A DNA stretch of 62,662 bases, filler included, from Choristocarpus tenellus KU-1152 (GCA_964200185.2; 12 parts of 12 records of this genome joined end to end with filler, not necessarily neighbours in it); one strand, 5' to 3'. Counted from the whole stretch's first letter, positions 25,446 to 39,250 are shown. Notes: generated by a model from the letters alone, not told the origin. A program made the numbers and translations.

Positions 25446-27533
25446 GCACAGCTTGAGAGTAACAACTCCCAAGTTGGCAAGTCTAAAGGTGGTGGAGTAG
25501 GAAATGAGGTAGAGGAAGTGTTACAAGCAAGTGGAGGTAGATTTTCCAGGGGGTGGGGTTCCAACACGGCCTCCACAGCAAAAGGTTCTGGTTCGGGGCA
25601 GGGGGCTGGAGATTCGGGTGGGCTTCACAGGGTCAGAAGTTTTGGGTGGGCAGGGCAGGGGAGCTGGGAGAGAGAGAGCAGACCATGGGTACTCAATGCA
25701 GACAAGGTGAGCAGGGAGGGGGGGGATGGCTCGGGCTTTCTTTTTGTGTAGTAATTGATTGTTTCTAATGCTCTGTGACTGCCTCATTTTGGAGTGATGG
25801 CTGTTAATGGATTTCTGTTTGCTATTTTAGTCAAATACCTTGCATGTGATTGGGAAGAGCAGGAATGAAGCTATTCAGTGTCTTGTGGGGGCTGTCATAT
25901 TGTGGTGAAAGGTTGGAGTGCTTCTTGACGCTGTTCTGTTCTTGTTTGTTGGGGTTTTTTCATTTGAGGGCAGGATGGGCAGCACTCTGGTGGAGGTTTG
26001 TTTGTGTTTGTTGTCAGGAGGTTATGTTTTGGATTGAACAGCTAAACTGCTTTTGATGACCTCCTGTCCATAATTTAATTTTGGTGGACGTTCTTGATCA
26101 TCCCTGCGAAATGCTGTACTTTACGATTCAATCTAAACATGTGCAGGGGATAAGCTGTAGTTTGAGAGGAAATCATGGGGAACTATTTGCGAGGTTTTCC
26201 TTAATAAAATCCAGGCGTGCAGAGATAGATGCTTCTCTTACAAATTTGCTGATGATGACAGTGACTATCGGACTCTTGTAGCCTGAAGTATATGTATACT
26301 TGATGATCAAGCCCTTGTTTTGCTCATCGTATGACTCCCCTGTTACCCTTTGACCCTACAACTGTCCTCCCACTTAGCTCCACGCTACCCCCTTTCATCT
26401 CATGGCAAACCTGATGATACCTTTACTATCCTCTACACCTTACATTCATATTTCATCCCCAAGGTTGCTCTCGCCCAACCCCATCTCTTGGCATTCCTCT
26501 ACCCCCTGGGACGAACCACAGATACTGTAGCCCTAACCCTAGCTTAAGTCTCGTAACTGTCTCGTCGTGGGTAAAGGTGTGGGTCAGCGAAGCTCGTCCT
26601 GCCATCTTGGTAATCTCATCTCTCTTGGAGGAGTTGCGACATGTGATGCTATCAACGTTCCTGGAAGGGGATGATGGAGCACGGGAAGAGGGTGGTTCCC
26701 GAGAACCGGTGCTCAGCTCTCCTAGATTTAGGGATTGGTTGCCGGATACGTCAGAACTTCAGAGGGTGGTGCCGATGGAGGAGATGGATGCGGACGCTGC
26801 GAAGATGTCCTTTTTGAGAGATTGTGATTTGGTGAGTTTTTTTTTTTGTGTTACTTTTTTTTTTTCCACCCCCACTAGGTAGGTAATTGTATTGCTATAC
26901 CTCTGTCGTGTAGTCACGATTTGCACATAATCTTGCGTGCGCTCACTCTGTATTATTTTTCTTTATTTAAAAACCGGATTCACCGTTCTAAGGTGTTCGG
27001 TCTAGTAGATGGTCAGTTCAACTACCACATTCAAGTGAACTTTTTGTTTTGGGGAAGGCAGAGGACCTGCAGAGGACCCCAGAGAACGTCGAAACCAAGA
27101 CCTCTCATTTGGTGTCCCCAGTCAGAGGCGTTTCAGCGACTCACACGCTAGGAACAAAGCGCGATCAAAAGATGTCCAATGTTGTCAAAAGGAAAAAAAG
27201 ATATTTGATACTGGTTGGAAGGGAGGCAGCAACTTTTGAAAGGTGCATGGGAATAAGCTAGTTTTTCTGGTCAGGATTAGTTAGAACGGTTTGCAGGATG
27301 GTTTTAATACCGAATTGGTAAGGCGTTTCTTGCAGCGGTGGACGTAGAGCAGGTATGGTACTAAGTTGGCTTTCACTGAGATTCTAGGGTGAAGTTGTAA
27401 TATGATTTTGCAAGACCTTCTACAAGAAATCAAAATCCGTTACCATCTTGTGCATGTATAGCCTGCCCAGCTAACTGTTTGAACTGATCCTGAACAGAGG
27501 ATGTATGTAGGATGCAGACCTCTGCCGTAGTAG

Positions 27534-27579
<46 letters not shown>

Positions 27580-29222
27580 CTAGACCCTCACGTTTTTAGT
27601 AGCTGATGCTATGGTCTGTTCCTTGAGGATGGAAACTTCGTGTGATTTCAATTTTTCAAAAAAGAGCCCAAATAGGTTGTAGGTCTATCTTTTTGAAAAA
27701 ATAGGAAATTCCTGACTCTAGGAACAGGCCAAATGTAATAATTGTAGTGGAGATAAATGTTCAGTTTATTATATGTAATTAATTACCCATAATGTATTCC
27801 TTCGACAGGAGCATTCAATTGATGTACTGTTTAATAGTTGACTTTCAGTGTTCATTGAGGTGCAGTGTTGTTTACCCATCCAATAGCCCAAATTGCACCC
27901 ATGATGTGATGTACTTTCAAGTCGTTAGAGATCCAGAGAGGTAACTTCAGTTGCTGCTAGGGTGTTGCTGACACCCTAACCCTAGCTCTACGGTCTTTGT
28001 AATGTGGGTGTATGGTCGTAAGGTACTGCTTTGACTCCCAAAGGTTCTTGGTGTGATGTGATAATGGAAAGTGTTGTGATTTGTTTTATTTTATTTTATT
28101 TTATTTTATTTATTTTTCATGGTTCTTGGTAAGTTTATTGTCGGTGCACAATTGCGTTGATTTTATTATTATTATCAAGGTTCCAATTGTGCTTGTGACT
28201 TTCTTGTTACACTCAAGCTGCTAGAGGATGCTTGGCAATATCCACCTGTGATTCTCGACAACATCATGTGATTCTTGCTCCTACCGTGGACAAAACTCAC
28301 TTGTCAATTCTTGAATTTTGGGAATTCGAGGGGAGGAAAGCTGTCCTGGAGGTTGGTGAGCATCCGCGTCATGGTGTTGGGAAGGCCTAGAATCTGAGAG
28401 GCCAACCTCCATATACCTCTACAACAAGTTCGCAAGTTGCGATGGTTTGGGATGCTCTTGGAAGGAGAGCCGTATCTTCCAGATATTCTTTACAGATACC
28501 TTAATGACAAGAGGTAGATACATAGTGCTGCCATTCTTTTAGGGTTAGGGTTACTGATATTTTCGGTGTGACTCAAAGCATCTGCCATTACTTTTCAAGC
28601 CCAACCGGTTTTAAGCAGGAAGCAGTCTGTGCTTAAAACCAAGATTGTAGATTAATTATGAGGTACTGTGTGATATGACCACGCGAGACCAACTACTGAC
28701 TGTAAACTTCGAATTACTCACACCATTAGTGGGGTGTACCTTTTTTATGCCGTACCATGTCGCCAGCCTTGGTTTATTTGCACTTCCTTGGTTCAAATTT
28801 AGCATGAAAAGGATTGTCCCTGTTGAAGTGTTGCAGGGAATGAATCACACTAACTGCCCTCAAGGTTCTACTCCTCTGCTCATCTGCCCACTCACCTACT
28901 AACAAGAAATCCTCCTTCCCCACACACCCCTTCACACACCACTTCCACCTTCCTTTGTAAGGTGTTGCGAACGCATGCTGCTGTTGTCCTTGGGAAGGAA
29001 GGTGTGAGTTCAGCACTGGAGTCCTATGGTTCTTCCCCTCTACTCACTGTACGTGAAGAAGGGCGAATGGCTTATGATATTGGTGGACAACTGGTGACTT
29101 TGCTCGATCTAGGCCGAGAGATGGCTGCCCTTTCAGTCACCGGGGAAGAAGGCCTTGGACAGGAGAACGGTGCTGGGGTAGGAGGGTTACGTGAAGTAGG
29201 TTCGCCAAAGAAGACCGAATGA
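25446..29222 (+). CDS. Unknown protein, last three exons
   Basis: Phase-0 exons 25446-25706, 26577-26831 (VWVSEARPAILVISSLLEELRH..SFLRDCDL) and 28962-29222 (VLRTHAAVVLGKEG..KKTE*), with canonical splice sites. Confidence 0.7.
27542..27577. repeat. (AT)n microsatellite
   Basis: Direct read. Confidence 0.9.
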
Positions 29223-31487
29223 ACTGCAACAGAGTAGAGCAAAATAGTAAAAACAGTTCTTGTTGCAGGAAGCATAGAGGAAAAGGAAGTGTCTTGTAGG
29301 TGGGATTCAGTTTTCGGGTGAAATGCATGGTGTGTTGATGGGCTAGGGGTGGAGATGCGGGGAGAGGGAGTTGCTTGTAGATTTCAATGTTTGTCCTACC
29401 CTGTTCCTGAGTTGAGTGGATCATCTCGTGCTGCTGCAGTTCCCTCACTCTTAAGGCGGAAAGCCAGGGGAGGGCCTCCCTCAAGTATTGGAGTTAGGGC
29501 TTTTATCCTTATGTGGATCCAGGTCCAACGTGTCCAATTTTTCAGTGAGTTGCCCGTGTGCCTTCATTTTCAGGAGGTGGGGGAGGAGCACGGAACATGT
29601 ACTGGGACTGTAAATTGATGCCCATACAGCTTTTTTTAAAAATTGATACATATATATTCTTTTTTCCACTTTCTTTGGTGGCTGTGATATCTGAGTGTAT
29701 TCTATCTGTTTGGCTGCCTTGGTTGTGGGTACTTCCACTTTATTTTGATATGAGTAATAGGCATGGATGTGAAGTAGTGTTAATTTTTTGTGTTACATAC
29801 TACCCTGGAATGCTTCCTGGTGGTATCTTTTTTGTATGCTCTAGTAAAATTGAACACACCTTACGATCTCTTTTGTTTGTTTTGATGTTTTTTGTTGTAT
29901 GACATGTATGTTGTAAGGGAGATAGATCCCCACCCGCAATCTACTGGAGGATGACCAAAACTCCATCATGGGCAAGCAAGTAGCATACTAGAGTGTTTGC
30001 TCAACCTAATTTATGATCCAGTTTATGACATGCCTGAAGAAAACGCTACAAAACATTCTATTTTTGTGTTTCAAGGCCCAAATCTCATTGTTACAATATG
30101 GTTTCGAATCATGTAGTACTTTATGATGAATATTCCCAAGTACTTTGTGTTTTAGAAACATGTCATGGACAGAAATTCAAATGTCAGAACATTTGGCATG
30201 ACTGGTGGTTGTGATTTGACTAGCAAGGTTGCTGTTGAATCACCGACATCTTACAAGATATCTTTAAATATTGTTAAGTGGAAGACTGCCAAGGTCATTT
30301 TGAGGAGAGCAGTAAGCATATGATATCTTTCATGGCGATATATCAATTATCGAGTGTGAATCGATGAGCTCACATAGTGCGCAAATACTCTATTGATACA
30401 GGAGGTTGGACAAGAGTACTTCAAACCCATGTCAGAAACCTTCCTTGAGGGTATCCTAGACATCTGAAAGATCATGAATAGTCGTATGAAAGCGATATTG
30501 GATATATTTTTACAAAGTAGATGCGATTTTTATGTTCAGCATTGCAGTGAATACTTATCCAACCCCACCATCCCTTCAATTCTGTCTTGTTTCCTCCAAG
30601 AGATGATCGTGAGTAGTCTTGTCCAAATTTGCTTTGATAGTAATGAATCATAGTTCTCCTCCTCCAAAGCATTTTGTTCATTTCTGTCTTAAACTTCCGT
30701 TGATACCTCCCTTCAGACCCCTATTAAGTCTTCGTATATGCTGCATAAGAGGGCTTGCAACCTATTCCAACCATGCACAGGAGTTAGGTCGTCCTCACTG
30801 CAATGCATTGTAACTGTTTGCCGATGCTGTGTCCAATATCTCGGTGCGTCAAATACTGAGAAGGAAGGGGTGAATGTGGGTGGTGCAATGATGAGAGTTC
30901 CTTGAATGAGGATGAGGCAAAAATAAAATACAGTTCAAATGTACAGTGTACTTGAAAATTGATCGCAAACCCAAGCACTCAAAGTTGGTTGTGTAAACAT
31001 GTAGCTCCAACATACATCCATATATGTTCTTTGTTTTCGTTGTGGCAATGCAAGATCAACGTCTGAGGTCACACAGAGGATTCACTACATGCATGACTCC
31101 GAGGTTTTCGTCAAGGTAGAAGTACTGGTCTGGATCCTATGGACTGCTACGTAAGTGGTGTATCTATGGGCTCTTACATAGGAGTCCTGGGGAAAATCCA
31201 GAGCAAAACGGGTTGGCAATCCTCGTAGAAATCTGACCTCTGCACAGGTCGTACAAGCAAAGGTCCTGTGCAATGTTCAAGATCTATTGTTTATGGTTCT
31301 CCAGGACATGCACGTGGGAAGATACTGCTTCAAAGCCCAACTCTGAATATGAGATACATGTACTTGGAAGTATGCGTTGTTCACCCCTGTTTGTATTTCC
31401 CCTGCTCCAAGAGCAAATGCAACACCAGGAGAAGAAAACAAAGTAGGCAGGATACATACGTGTATTAGATATCTTAATCTTGCTTTT

Positions 31488-31740
31488 GAGTATCTTAGAG
31501 GGTACAAGTATTGCCCTGTTTGTCCATTTGGGGCTTGACTTCCCTCACGGTTTTCTGACATTATCCTCCTCCAAAAATATTTCGGAGTAGGTAAAGTGTA
31601 TACGTTATTAAAAGGTGTCTGGAACAAGGATATTGACACTTCCTAACAAACACCATAGTAGCCAAAATTACATCGAAATAGCAATATTGGATTTTGGTCC
31701 CCAAATGGACACGGCTATACCCTCTAAGATACTTTGGCTC
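31488..31740. mobile_element. MITE family A copy
   Basis: Colinear with 1705-1966 over the full length; ends TACCCTCTAAGATACTTTGGCTC; left TIR has a small deletion. Confidence 0.88.
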
Positions 31741-34700
31741 TTTCCTTAGGACATAATATCATCTTTAGTACGTAGAAGAAGAGGGATGCCGGATGTTCCT
31801 TTCTGTCTTCAAGACACAGGAAAGATTTGTTTCATTAGCACCAGCAACGCGTACCTTCCATGTTTATTCGTCTTGCCATATTTTTTAAGGTTTGGTGTTC
31901 ATTGTGACCTGTGCTCTTTCGAGAAAGATGGATAGGTCTAGATGGTTACCCAACATATATATATATATATACAACGCATCTGTGTGAAGTGCTCCATACA
32001 CTACGAGGTTTTTTGCTATTTTGACAAACCCTTCAAGATTGGAAAATGTTTCGCTCGTGTTTCCAGAAAGGTTATCCAACTGAAAATGACTTCATATGTT
32101 CTCCTATAGCGACACTCCTGAAAATACTCTTTCATAACCCATAATACATGTGATCAGTCAGTCGTAGTGTGTTGTTGCACAACGAACTAAGTTTACCTGT
32201 GGTGGTGTTATCATTCCCAAAGATAATTTTCTAATCCGGTCGGTACCAGCTTCTTGTATTTTTGTGGGTAACATCCATGCCAACTACTTTTCCCAGAATA
32301 TTCCTCTAACCTTCAATAACACAGACAGGCAGGCAAGATGTGTTTATGTGCGTTTGTTGCTCTCTTTCGTCACCTACTGCAAGATACGGTTTTCTGCAGT
32401 GTTAAGGTTTATCCAGTAATGCAAGGAAACACAGTATCATGGATGGGAAAGGTTCCCACATAGCACTTGCTTTATTTTAGTTGTTCTCGGTTCCGTAGTT
32501 TTCATCCGTGTTTTTCATTCTCTTCCTCCAAAACACGTCCATCTCCGAGGTGATAACATCGAGTGATGCTAATGAGCATACTCGGTTCCCTCCTCATCTA
32601 TTCATGGAGAACATATCCCGACCGTTTTCCAACATTCTTCCCCAAATCACACCATTTGGCACATTTAGTGACTCCTGATGTCATCTGCTGTATCCTGGGG
32701 TGACAAGGATTCATGCAACACAACATGCCTTGATCCTTGGTATGGTGAGGCAAAAGGTGAGGCTCGTGCCTTCTTACACTTCAGTTTCTTGAGAAGATGA
32801 CCGTTTGTGTTGTCATAAATCTGTTTTCGATTTTTCATTAGTCCACTGGAGTCTAGGGTTTGTAGAGTGAACTTGTTGTTTAGAAAAAACTGGAGTACAC
32901 GCCGGGTACGTAACATGTTATAGATGAAGGTCCAAATAATGGTACAATGAGCCTATTTTCAGTGTCATAGACGTACTATCGCAGGAAATATAGGTTAGCA
33001 TAAACGTTTCTGCTTATATTCTCCACTCTCGTTATATTGCAAATGCATGCTGAATGAGTAAAAGCACAAAATGCACTACTAGGACACTAGAAAATCAATA
33101 TCTTGACAATATTGTCAAAGGGCTCCGAATGGTCTCCTACTTCTTTAGCTATACCAGGGCAGTTGTGACGACAAGCAACATACTACTCTACTATTATTTC
33201 GCCCTCTATTACTATTTACAACTTGTATGTCGTGGTTGCGTACACCTGACCCATTCTTCATCAATGTGTCCTGCAACCTTCTCCACGGTGTTCCAGGGTG
33301 TTGTGTACTAAGCAAACGCCCCTTCACGTAGTTGGCATACAGACCGAAGAGTCATCCACGATCACAACAATATCTTCCAGCGGGGGACAAGTACAGAATA
33401 ATGATGTGATCTATCGAAATTATAAAGAGATGTGACTGATGAGGAGATATCCAAGAAAACGATATTCGAAAGTCTATCTACTTTCATTTTTTTCCGATTT
33501 TTTTTTATATGGAGATCCAGGCCCGGAAAGATTGAACGCAACAAGGTGCCCACACACCCACACTAAGCCTCTGCATACTCCGCTATCTTTACAAAGTGTG
33601 ATGCAACATTCAAAAATGCATGTATCTTGGAAGTTGTAGGACTTGACGTTGAAGGCTTACAGCTGAGGCCTCTGTTGTTCTCGAATTGTTTCACTGCATA
33701 CTTTTGATCATCGCAGTGAGAGAAGACGAGATGTAGTCTTCTTTGGAGCGGGTACATTGATTATCTCGACTACTTTGCAGCCCTGATGGGATGGGGTCGG
33801 GATGCATCACAGGAAGGGTGGGGAGTGTGGGGACGGCGAGTTAAGAGAACTAAACTGGTGTAGAAAGTGTGCGCCGTGAGTACTAACAAGGATTCCCAGA
33901 AAACCATGTAGGACCTCAATGGTACAAGGTCGATGCGGTGAGTTGAGGGTGCAAACTGTGCAAAAAAATGGTTTTTGACGCAGAGCATGTAGAGGGTTTC
34001 TTATTGTTTTGTGAGCTGTGGCTTCGTATTAGGAATGTACTCCTGAAGTGTTTGGAAAACTCACGGGCCTTCAATGCTACTGTTCCCTCCTCAAACACCA
34101 CTGCCATGATTAGAAACATTTCAAGGCATTATGGAGCTTGGCTGGTTGATTATTGCGCTCCCAACACCCGCTCCCCAGTATCCGATTAGATGAACTACAA
34201 CCATTTGGAGAAGAGTCAGGAAAATATATCAGAAGGGTTTATGTATGCATCTCACAAATCAGAATGACTCACAATACTACCATATGCTTTTCAAGAATAT
34301 GTTTGATAATGTCCTGACTACATCTGCACACGGATATTGAACATGGGAATATACGATATTCAAAGCAGCACCTGTGACCCTGCACTAGGTTGTATGTGTC
34401 AGAGGGGGGGAGGGATCCTGTTTGAACAAGGGGAATGCTGTGTGCAGCTACTCAGGTGACATGATGCATTGTACACACCACATGGAAATATCGAAAATAT
34501 GACTAGATGCTGAAAGTCCTTAAGCTCTACAATGCCCACATAGAAGGCTTAGGTTAGTTTGGGTAAGAGCATTGGCAATAAGGCAAGATCATGATTAAGT
34601 CTATCAGATGTGGGGAACCCATGCCTCTTCATGTTTGTCATTTGATCACCCCCAACAACGATTCCAGGCTCATGTATGTGTAGTATGTGTTGTCAGGAAA

Positions 34701-36424
34701 GGACTATTACAAACTAGGCCTGGCATGTGAATGGCATTCAGTGTGTGGCAATGGTTGAGCACTCACAGAGTTGATATCCTGGTCCTCATAAGTCATCTTC
34801 CGAAACACTCCATGCTGTGGGTCTCCAGGGGAGATCTTCTTAGCCTCCTTTTTTATATACTGTGCGTAAGGAATGGAGACAGAGGATATACTCAAGGTAT
34901 TCGAGTGGGCATTCAACACAGATCTTACAGGGATGTGGAGCTGGTCAGCGGAACATTAGCTGTCAAACGTACAGTATCATTATATGGAGCAGTGAGCGGT
35001 ATCATTAGTTGATTGCAATGGTCGATGAGGCGTCAAATGAGTAGTACTAGCATGGGAGTGTGTGCCTGAGTGCATCGAAATGGATTCACCTTCACTTTCA
35101 GTACTACGAAATTATGGAATGTAGGGTTCTCGCCTGTGTACGTTGTAAACCTTGCCAGTGTACCCCAAACCAATGTTCTCATCTTTTGAAGTGCGATAAA
35201 TCTGATGTTATACCTGTGATGGAGGCTATTTTCTGTGTTCCTAGTGGTCAAGAGTCCTCATTGTGGTTATGTTATCCTACAAATTTTTTCTTCCAGTTGT
35301 TGTGGATGCCTTGCACGTTTTAACATCACTACTTTATTGCCACTCTCATCATTGTTCACAATTCGAAAAAAAAGAACTCGAACCTTTGTACCAGGGTCCT
35401 TCCTTTTGAGTGTTGAGGCCCCAAGCATCAATGCTTCCTTCTGTGCTGTGAACAAGCTTTCTCATCCATACTCATACTGTCCAACAGCCCCAAACAGCAC
35501 CCAGCAAATACTTGAAGCTGCTTGGTGGCTCATCCGACTTGCGTCTTATTTTTTTGCAAAGGGGCATCAATAATGGGCGAATGCTCCCTTGGAGTCACAA
35601 ACAAGTACAACGCTTTGATGTTGATGTGTATGCATCAATTGTAAGAGCTACACTTTATCCATAGGAAAATTTGGGATGGAGGGACCTCAAAATGATAGGG
35701 GGGCCCCTCAACTAGGAGTGAAGAATCGTATGGGAATATGCACCCATGAAAAATTAGGCGCTCAAAGTTTTGCAGTTGCTCCCCTAGCCTCAAACATACC
35801 CGACACCAAACCAGACACTCCCCTTGCTCCTTTATCACCTAGAAAACTATTGTAAGGTTTTGTGTCCAAATATATCAGAGAAGGGTGCTTGTGGTGCAGT
35901 CCACAGAGTACATGCAGTATATAGAGAAATCACTATCTGAAGGCAAACTCCAGTGGTTCCAAGTACTTGATTGCAACGGTTATGAGGGTGCGAAGTAGAC
36001 CATTGTAGTACAAGACCTGGGAGGCCGCAGTGTTCGGAAAAGTATATTTGATGCCAGAATTAGTTACAATATGGCAAAGTCTTGTGACCCGAATGAGACA
36101 ATTTGCTCCATTTGTAGGAATGGGCATTGGCCGAAGGGATACAGACGCCAACTCGTGACTGAGGTGCCTTCTACCTCATTGTGCTTTCATTTGATGGTGC
36201 ATCGTGGGGAATATGTAGGAATGAAAAGAACATGTGCACATGTTGCAGTAGTTCCGAAGAGTCACCTCTCAACAGCATCTAAATATGTCTAGCTGTAGAG
36301 GTAGAGAGACAGACACGCAAATGATATCCACATTGAAAAGGTTCCCTCCCATCATTTCCATCTCATTTCCATCTCATTTCTCCTCTCCTTTGTCCTCCTA
36401 TATCTGAGCGTGCTGCTCACTTAC

Positions 36425-36623
36425 GTGATTCCTAACCTCCAGGAATAGAAGGATTGCAATAGCCACAAATGCTGTCACCGCAATAGCTATAAGATGTGAT
36501 GTCCAGTCATATGCCCCTCCACTTTTTCCGAATATGATATAGACTGCAGGCTGCAAGAAGGCTGCCACAACCAGGTCATCAACACCATCGCCATTTACAT
36601 CTATACCCCCCGCCCCTGACCAC
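36425..36623 (-). pseudogene. Exon encoding an FG-GAP (integrin-alpha beta-propeller) repeat followed by a TM helix
   Basis: AG|G TGG TCA..: WSGAGGIDVNGDGVDDLVVAAFLQPAVYIIFGKSGGAYDWTSHLIAIAVTAFVAIAILLFLEVRNH|GTAAGT. DxNGDGxxDLxV Ca-binding motif plus VYIIFG; the candidate downstream exon carries in-frame TGAs. Confidence 0.7.
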
Positions 36624-37643
36624 CTGTTGAGGAACAGTTATTGGACGGGGAGGATGTCATACCCCTGGCAGTCTAGTAGAACTATTGGTAGGTTGGAGTT
36701 CACCGGTTGATAATATGAATAGTGAAAAGGGTGTGGTTAGGTACGGTGTTTGAGAGTCGGGTGTGAAAAGGAAATGAAAGAGTCTTTAGCTCAGGGGTCA
36801 TTGTTCAGTGTGTGAAATTTTGCCATATACTGAGTATTGCAGGGGCAGACTCTGGAACTGCTGTAATGCACTCTGAGGAACTATGGATAAACATTGATAT
36901 ATTAGGCACTGTGAATTACATCACGAGTAGAGAGCATCATGACTGATCAGTACACCTACAGATGCTTTTGACATCACTTTGATACACCGATATTGGGGGT
37001 AGAGAATGGTAAATCGGTAAGTTGTCATATAGTTGATCGGCACCTGTTTTAAGGTCATTATTGGGTGACACGAAGAAGACAAACAAGATGCTCCTGTGAG
37101 CTTGATGTGATCATGAACCCACCTGTTTTATCAGTTGCGACTAGTTTTAAACATGACATCACCTAGAAAAAAAATAATGATGAAAAATGATTTTTCATCA
37201 GTTGAGTAACAGGTTTTATACAAGATGCTGGCATTGATGTTTGAGTTACATGAAAGAAGAGGTACATCTACGTCAAAGTATACAATGCATCGATCGAGCA
37301 TTGTTCTGCTTCTGAAAAGGTAAGAGACAAACAAGTGCAAGCCGAAGCATCCTAGAGGAGGCACCATTGTTGTTAATTGTTCTCTGTCAATGTTTTCTGA
37401 TTTCGATCTTTGTGTCCCTACATTAGTGCAACTTCAATCAAGGAAATGATGTCCCACCAGGGCATGTAATCTCTACACCCCTGCACATCCTTTTTGTCTG
37501 ACACCCCCCATGGCTAGAATGGATACCGTGACAGGATTAGCACTGAGTGTTTTACTTTCTGCTCTTCTTCAAGCACAAGTACTCTTGCAGCCTATGAAAT
37601 CCTCAATTATTTCTTGATTTTAAAAAGATGAATGAATAGTATT

Positions 37644-37793
37644 GAGTCAAAGCATTAAGAAGGCTAGGACTGCGTCCATTTGGGGTCCAAAATCTAATGT
37701 TACGATTTTAATGAATTTTGGATATCGTGTGTTTGTTAGCAACTGTCAATATCCTTGCTCCGGACATATCTTCCATAGTTGTACACATTTTAG
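37644..37793. mobile_element. Older, truncated MITE family A copy
   Basis: GAGTCAAAGCATT..GCGTCCATTTGGGGTCCAAAATCTAATGTT..TGTCAATATCCTTG aligns to 1270-1400. Confidence 0.7.
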
Positions 37794-37797
37794 ATAA

Positions 37798-37978
37798 GGC
37801 TCAAAGCATCTGGGGGGGTGGAGGTGGCTGTTCATTTGGGGTCAACATTTTTATGTCGTGATTTTTGGGTGATTTGGTTGCATATGTCGGATGGATACTG
37901 TGAATGCACTTCTCCTGATTTTGGGCCAAATGGATACCCTGGTGTAGACCCCCTTCCCCCCCCCAGATACTTTGGGTC
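37798..37978. mobile_element. MITE family B full copy (~180 bp) with 4-bp TSD (ATAA)
   Basis: TIRs GGCTCAAAGCATCTGGGGG / CCCCCAGATACTTTGGGTC; ATAA at 37794-37797 and 37979-37982. Confidence 0.88.
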
Positions 37979-38014
37979 ATAACTGTGTTCACACGGAAAA
38001 CCGAAAAAGGGCAT

Positions 38015-38114
38015 NNNNNNNNNNNNNNNNNNNNNNNNNNNNNNNNNNNNNNNNNNNNTTAATTAATTAANNNNNNNNNNNNNNNNNNNNNNNNNNNNNN
38101 NNNNNNNNNNNNNN
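38015..38114. other. Artificial contig linker
   Basis: N44-TTAATTAATTAA-N44. Confidence 0.98.
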
Positions 38115-38694
38115 AGGGGATGAGGGAAAGTTGAAGAGAAGGGGTAGGGGGGGGGGGTTGGATGGATAGGGAGCGGATGGAAGGGAGAGAATTGCAAGGC
38201 TAGAGAAGGAAAGCCTTTGTGTGAGGGGGAAGAAATGGCACTATGGGTAAGTCCTAGAGATGCTTGCAAGATGATGGAGGGAATGGGGTAGCAGTTATGG
38301 TTGGGAGGATGGGATCTTTCTGGCAGTACCTTGTACCAACAACCCAGAATCAGCACAAAAAACAACGGTATGATTTTGCCATGTTCATACCTGCATCATG
38401 GCACAACCCAGATTTTAAATGGGCGTTTAATATATGTGGAAATATTCGAAGCTGCAGTATGTGTAGACAGTGTTAGTGTGATAGGAGGGAATAGCCAAGG
38501 TGATGATTGCTGCGATTCCCAATGCACAACTCAACTTCCAATTGTGTACGTTAACAAATTTAAGGAGAAAAAACTATGTCCAAAGTGAGCAGGATTTCTC
38601 ACAAGCAAGGAGTGTTGGTGCACAGTCACCGGAGTATTGTTGACTTTCAGACACAAACACAGGGGATTATGAGGGTGGACGAGGAAGGCCTTAC

Positions 38695-39250
38695 ATGAGA
38701 GTCTGTCAGCTGTGCCCGCCGGAGGTCTAACTTGTACAATCGCCTCTTTCCATCCTTCTGGTGAGAAGCACGGAGAAGTTCACGCTGCAGCTTGAAGGGG
38801 ACGGCAATCCTTCTTTGCTGAGCCCGCAGGGTATAGAGGTCCTGAGTATCCAATGGGACGGATAAGGGAGAGGTGTGCAAAGCGATATCTGGAGCTCAGT
38901 CCACGGTGAAGTCCACCCATCGGGTCCGCGAGTCCCATATTAGCCCACCTCCTATCACTACAAACTGACTAAATACAGTTCAGTCCAAAGGGTGTACCTA
39001 GTCCAATGCGGTTGTTGTTGCTTGTTGCAGATTCCATGCCATGGCTTCACCTCGTTGTGGTTGAATGAGTGAAGTAGAGCTAGGCTTTAGGAGAGCACCG
39101 TATAATGCAATAAACATTCCGCACTCATCAGCTAATTCAAATTTATTACCTTGGGTATATCGCAGAAGGTGAATGGACCTATGTTCAACATGAGTACATC
39201 TCCTTCGCAGCTTGTCTGTAGACCGGCACATCTCAACAACATCGCCCTTA
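38695..39250 (-). pseudogene. Two exon-like segments of an unknown (possibly LRR) gene with one in-frame TGA
   Basis: Phase-compatible exons ~39250-39150 and 38951-38695 (GGLIWDSRTRWVDFTVD*APDIAL..LYKLDLRRAQLTDSH|GTAAG). Confidence 0.35.

Noticed and set aside
2739-38898. UGA stop-codon reassignment
   Set aside because: Intact genes (FBA, RING ligase, gene ending at 29222) terminate at TGA and conserved exons contain no in-frame TGA; CpG decay explains it better.
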